A stretch of 35,279 bases of DNA from Euglena gracilis (Eukaryota). This document shows, in pieces, positions 1-35,279 of the stretch. The position numbers were made by a program, and so were the translations under genes. Every line of letters begins with the position of its first letter. Positions within the stretch are counted from its first letter, which is position 1. The notes beneath the pieces are model-generated. The model searched no databases. It was not told the origin of the DNA and saw only the letters and a list, made by a program, of their open reading frames with translations. The stretch spans positions 5,193,955 to 5,229,233 of the forward strand of contig CP154954.1 in the NCBI GenBank assembly GCA_039621445.1. Direction: 5' to 3'.

Positions 1-1421
1 TTTTTTTTTTGTTTTTTTATTTTTTTTTATTCGTTTTTTTTTTTTTTATTTTTTTTTTTTTTTGTACGTTTCCCTCGCTGGTCTAAAGAGACGCTCCGTT
101 GGATTTTCCCCTGGGGTTTTTTGTTGCAGAAGATCCTGCCTGTGTGGGTGTGATGGTACTAATACAGCGATGCCCCAGGTGTGCAATAGCCCACGTGCTG
201 TAGTGCACCGGAATGCAATGCACTTTGTGGAGCTGCAGCTGCAAGGATGCCAGTGTCAGGAAATGGTCATTTTTTTCATTTTTTTTGCTTTCTCCCAATC
301 CACTAATCCACTGGAAGTTGAATGTGCTGCGGGTGCTGAAGAACAATGTGCTGTGGGGTGCTGCCTGGCTTGGACCGCATTCGCCCTCACGGCTTGGAGT
401 ATGAGCGGAGTCATGCTTGTGCCAACAGCCAAACCATCGGTGGTTTCCTCCTTCCCTGTGCTTAGGAAATGGTTCCCGATACCATCTGCTGTTTTGTAAC
501 TCCGGATCAGAGGCCGGGAACGGCAGGGGCTTTCAGCCAGCAGTTCCCAGCCCAATTGCGGACTCGGACTGCGAGACTTGGGCTTTCCCCCCTTTTTTTG
601 GCAGATTTTTTTCCCCCAGCCGGTCCAACCAGGCAGCCAGCCCCTGGGGGGGGGGGGTTCCAGCCAGCGCCTCTTTTCTTTTTACATCCAGACAACTTTT
701 TTCAGCCAGCAGGCTGGATTGTGCGGAGCTGTCACATCACAGGCAGGCATCGGAGAGCCTGACATTTTCCTGAGTCTTGAAAAGTCTTTGGGCATACCCC
801 CCCTTTAGATCCATTTTTGGCCACCTCCAAGCAACCTTCCCTGGATTGGCGTGAAAGTTGGATAAAACAATGTCTCTGATTTCTGAAGGACCCAGAGGGG
901 GTAGGCGACCCCAGAAAATGGTCCCTTTGGGGTCTGTTGACTCGTCATGTTCGAAATTCCATTTGTAAGAATCGTACCCCCCCCCCCCTATTCCAACGAC
1001 CCCGTGTCTGACGACCCGGCGCGAAGCGCCGGCCTGAAAACTTTGCCGCCCAAAATCCTCCAAAGAATGCCCTCTGGAGCACTTTTTGGGCAAAAAAGTG
1101 TCATAAATGCAAAAAAAATGCAAAGCGCTGAAAGGAAAAAAATGACTATTTTTGGGTCCCCCCCGTCCACATATTTTTGGATTCCAAAACCATTTTGTCC
1201 AACGGCCGACCCCCCTAGTCGGAGGACCCTACGTCCAGGGACCCTCCGGTCATTACCGGTCGGTAGACACGCTGGGGAGAGTGGCTGAAGTTGCAATCCA
1301 GTTGTGTGCCGGCCGACGTGTCAGGTGAGAAGTTCTCTGGGGGGGTTAGGTACGAGGAGTGGGTGGTGCGCCGTGGTTGCTCTCCAGTCCGGCCCGCTCG
1401 CTCACGCACGGCCCCGTCGGG

Positions 1422-33934
<32,513 letters not shown>

Positions 33935-35279
33935 GCCACGTCGGGTGTCCCCCCCAAGCGACGCCCCAGCCCACACGGCCACCACCCCTGCCGCTGCCGA
34001 GAGGGTTTGCTCAATACCCCGTGGCAGCAACAACTCACCCCCGACTACACCAACGGCTGGCAGCAGCATCCGTGTCACGCCACATTTCTGTCCTGTTCCG
34101 GGAGTTTCCGCCCGCCCCCATCGCTGTCGCCTGCGTGCAGGCTTCTCCCCATCCCATCCGGTGTTGTGGCGGACCCTCTGGCCCACCATCCCCTCCATGC
34201 CCATTCAGTGTGTTACCGTTCAGGCCAGGCGGCCCATCAGGCCACGCCAAGCAAGCGCTTGGTACGTTTTCCCGCATTTGTGCCGCGTTGGGCCAGGGCA
34301 GATTTTGTGTCAAAAATGATTTTTTTTTGTATAATTGGAGGTTTTTTTTGACAACTTTGCAGTTTCGATTCTTTGGAACCTGGTTTGACCCCCAGTCGGG
34401 GCCAGTTCCAACTGGGGGACCCCCATGGTGGGGGGCAGAGGGGGCAGCCTTTTTCCAGCCAGCCGAAATTTTCCAGCCTCTGAGCTGGCCCCCCCCCCCC
34501 GGGGGGGGGGACCCTCAAAAGACACCCTGTTGTGGAGTAACAGGAGAACGTGTATGCCAAATGCCAACTTGGCACCTGCAAAATCCTGCATTCCATCATC
34601 GGAACTTGGGACATGGCCGCCCTGTCAGCCTCCTCTCCCCCACACAGCACGCCACCATCATGTGCAGCTGGTCTCCGGGTGCGTAGGTTTTGGACCGCAC
34701 CACTGCTTCCCTTCTGTCCACCGTGCACCCCGCCCCCACACCAAGGAAAGAGTATCCCCAACTTTTCAATTACAAAAATTTGGCTATTCACAAATAATTT
34801 TTATATTTTTGGTTTTAATTTTTGGCTGTCCAGGTTTGGCAATCCATCACCTCAGTATGGGCAGTGACTGGGCAACAGCGTTCTTTAATATCTGCAAGCC
34901 GCTGCTCGTGCTGAGAGGCGGTGGTGCGGCGGTGCCCCACCACTGGGGCCCCGAATGCCCCCGGGGGCGACGATGCGCGCAGCCCGCGGCCTGCTCTCCC
35001 CCACCGCCCTGCTGCTGTTCCTCGGGGCCTATTGGGCAGTGGTGCCCCTGCTGTGCCCAGGGCCCTGGGACTCTCTGGCCCACCGAGGTTGAGTCAAGCA
35101 AACCAACCAGCCCCGGTCAACACCCCCCTGACCCCCCTGGAACCCCTGAATCCCAGGGAGGGGTGGACAGGTCGGTTCCACCCAAACCTGGCCAAAGGCA
35201 GCCTGGTGTGCATCATTTTGTGAATCTCTGTTTTTTTTGAATTTTTTCTTCTTTCTCCTGGTGATTTGACCCCCAGGTC

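Noticed and set aside
1-1421. Start codon, trans-splice acceptor or upstream exons
   Set aside because: No in-frame ATG and no donor arm convincingly pairing with the exon 1 acceptor; the 5' end probably lies outside the window
34260-35279. Downstream ORFs (e.g. 34425-35240)
   Set aside because: No recognisable protein or codon bias; looks like repeat-rich 3' flank

Overview
Eukaryotic genomic DNA, almost certainly from a euglenid (Euglena-like). Nearly the whole window (~1.4-33.9 kb, + strand) is one gene for a CCAR1/DBC1 (plant EMB1579/RSA1-like) family protein. I reconstructed it by hand as about 30 short GC3-rich exons; the 5' end was not found. The protein has a G/K/R/D/Y low-complexity region, an RS-rich region, the DBC1 domain, an acidic linker and a degenerate EF-hand, ending at TGA 33932-33934. 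About 21 of 29 introns are euglenid-type nonconventional (non GT-AG) introns whose ends base-pair, mostly NNN-CAG...CTG-NNNNN. About 8 are GT-AG introns clustered in the 3' half. The introns hold microsatellites (including a 5.3-kb TATGTG array) and several MITE-like inverted-repeat families. The most interesting signal links intron ends to transposon ends. The 3+5 nt outside the CAG/CTG stem equals one 8-bp hAT-type target-site duplication, several introns keep relic 8-bp duplications, and one intron end is 19/20 identical to the terminus of a dispersed repeat. All splice junctions are manual predictions without RNA data, and homology calls are from recalled motifs, not a database search.
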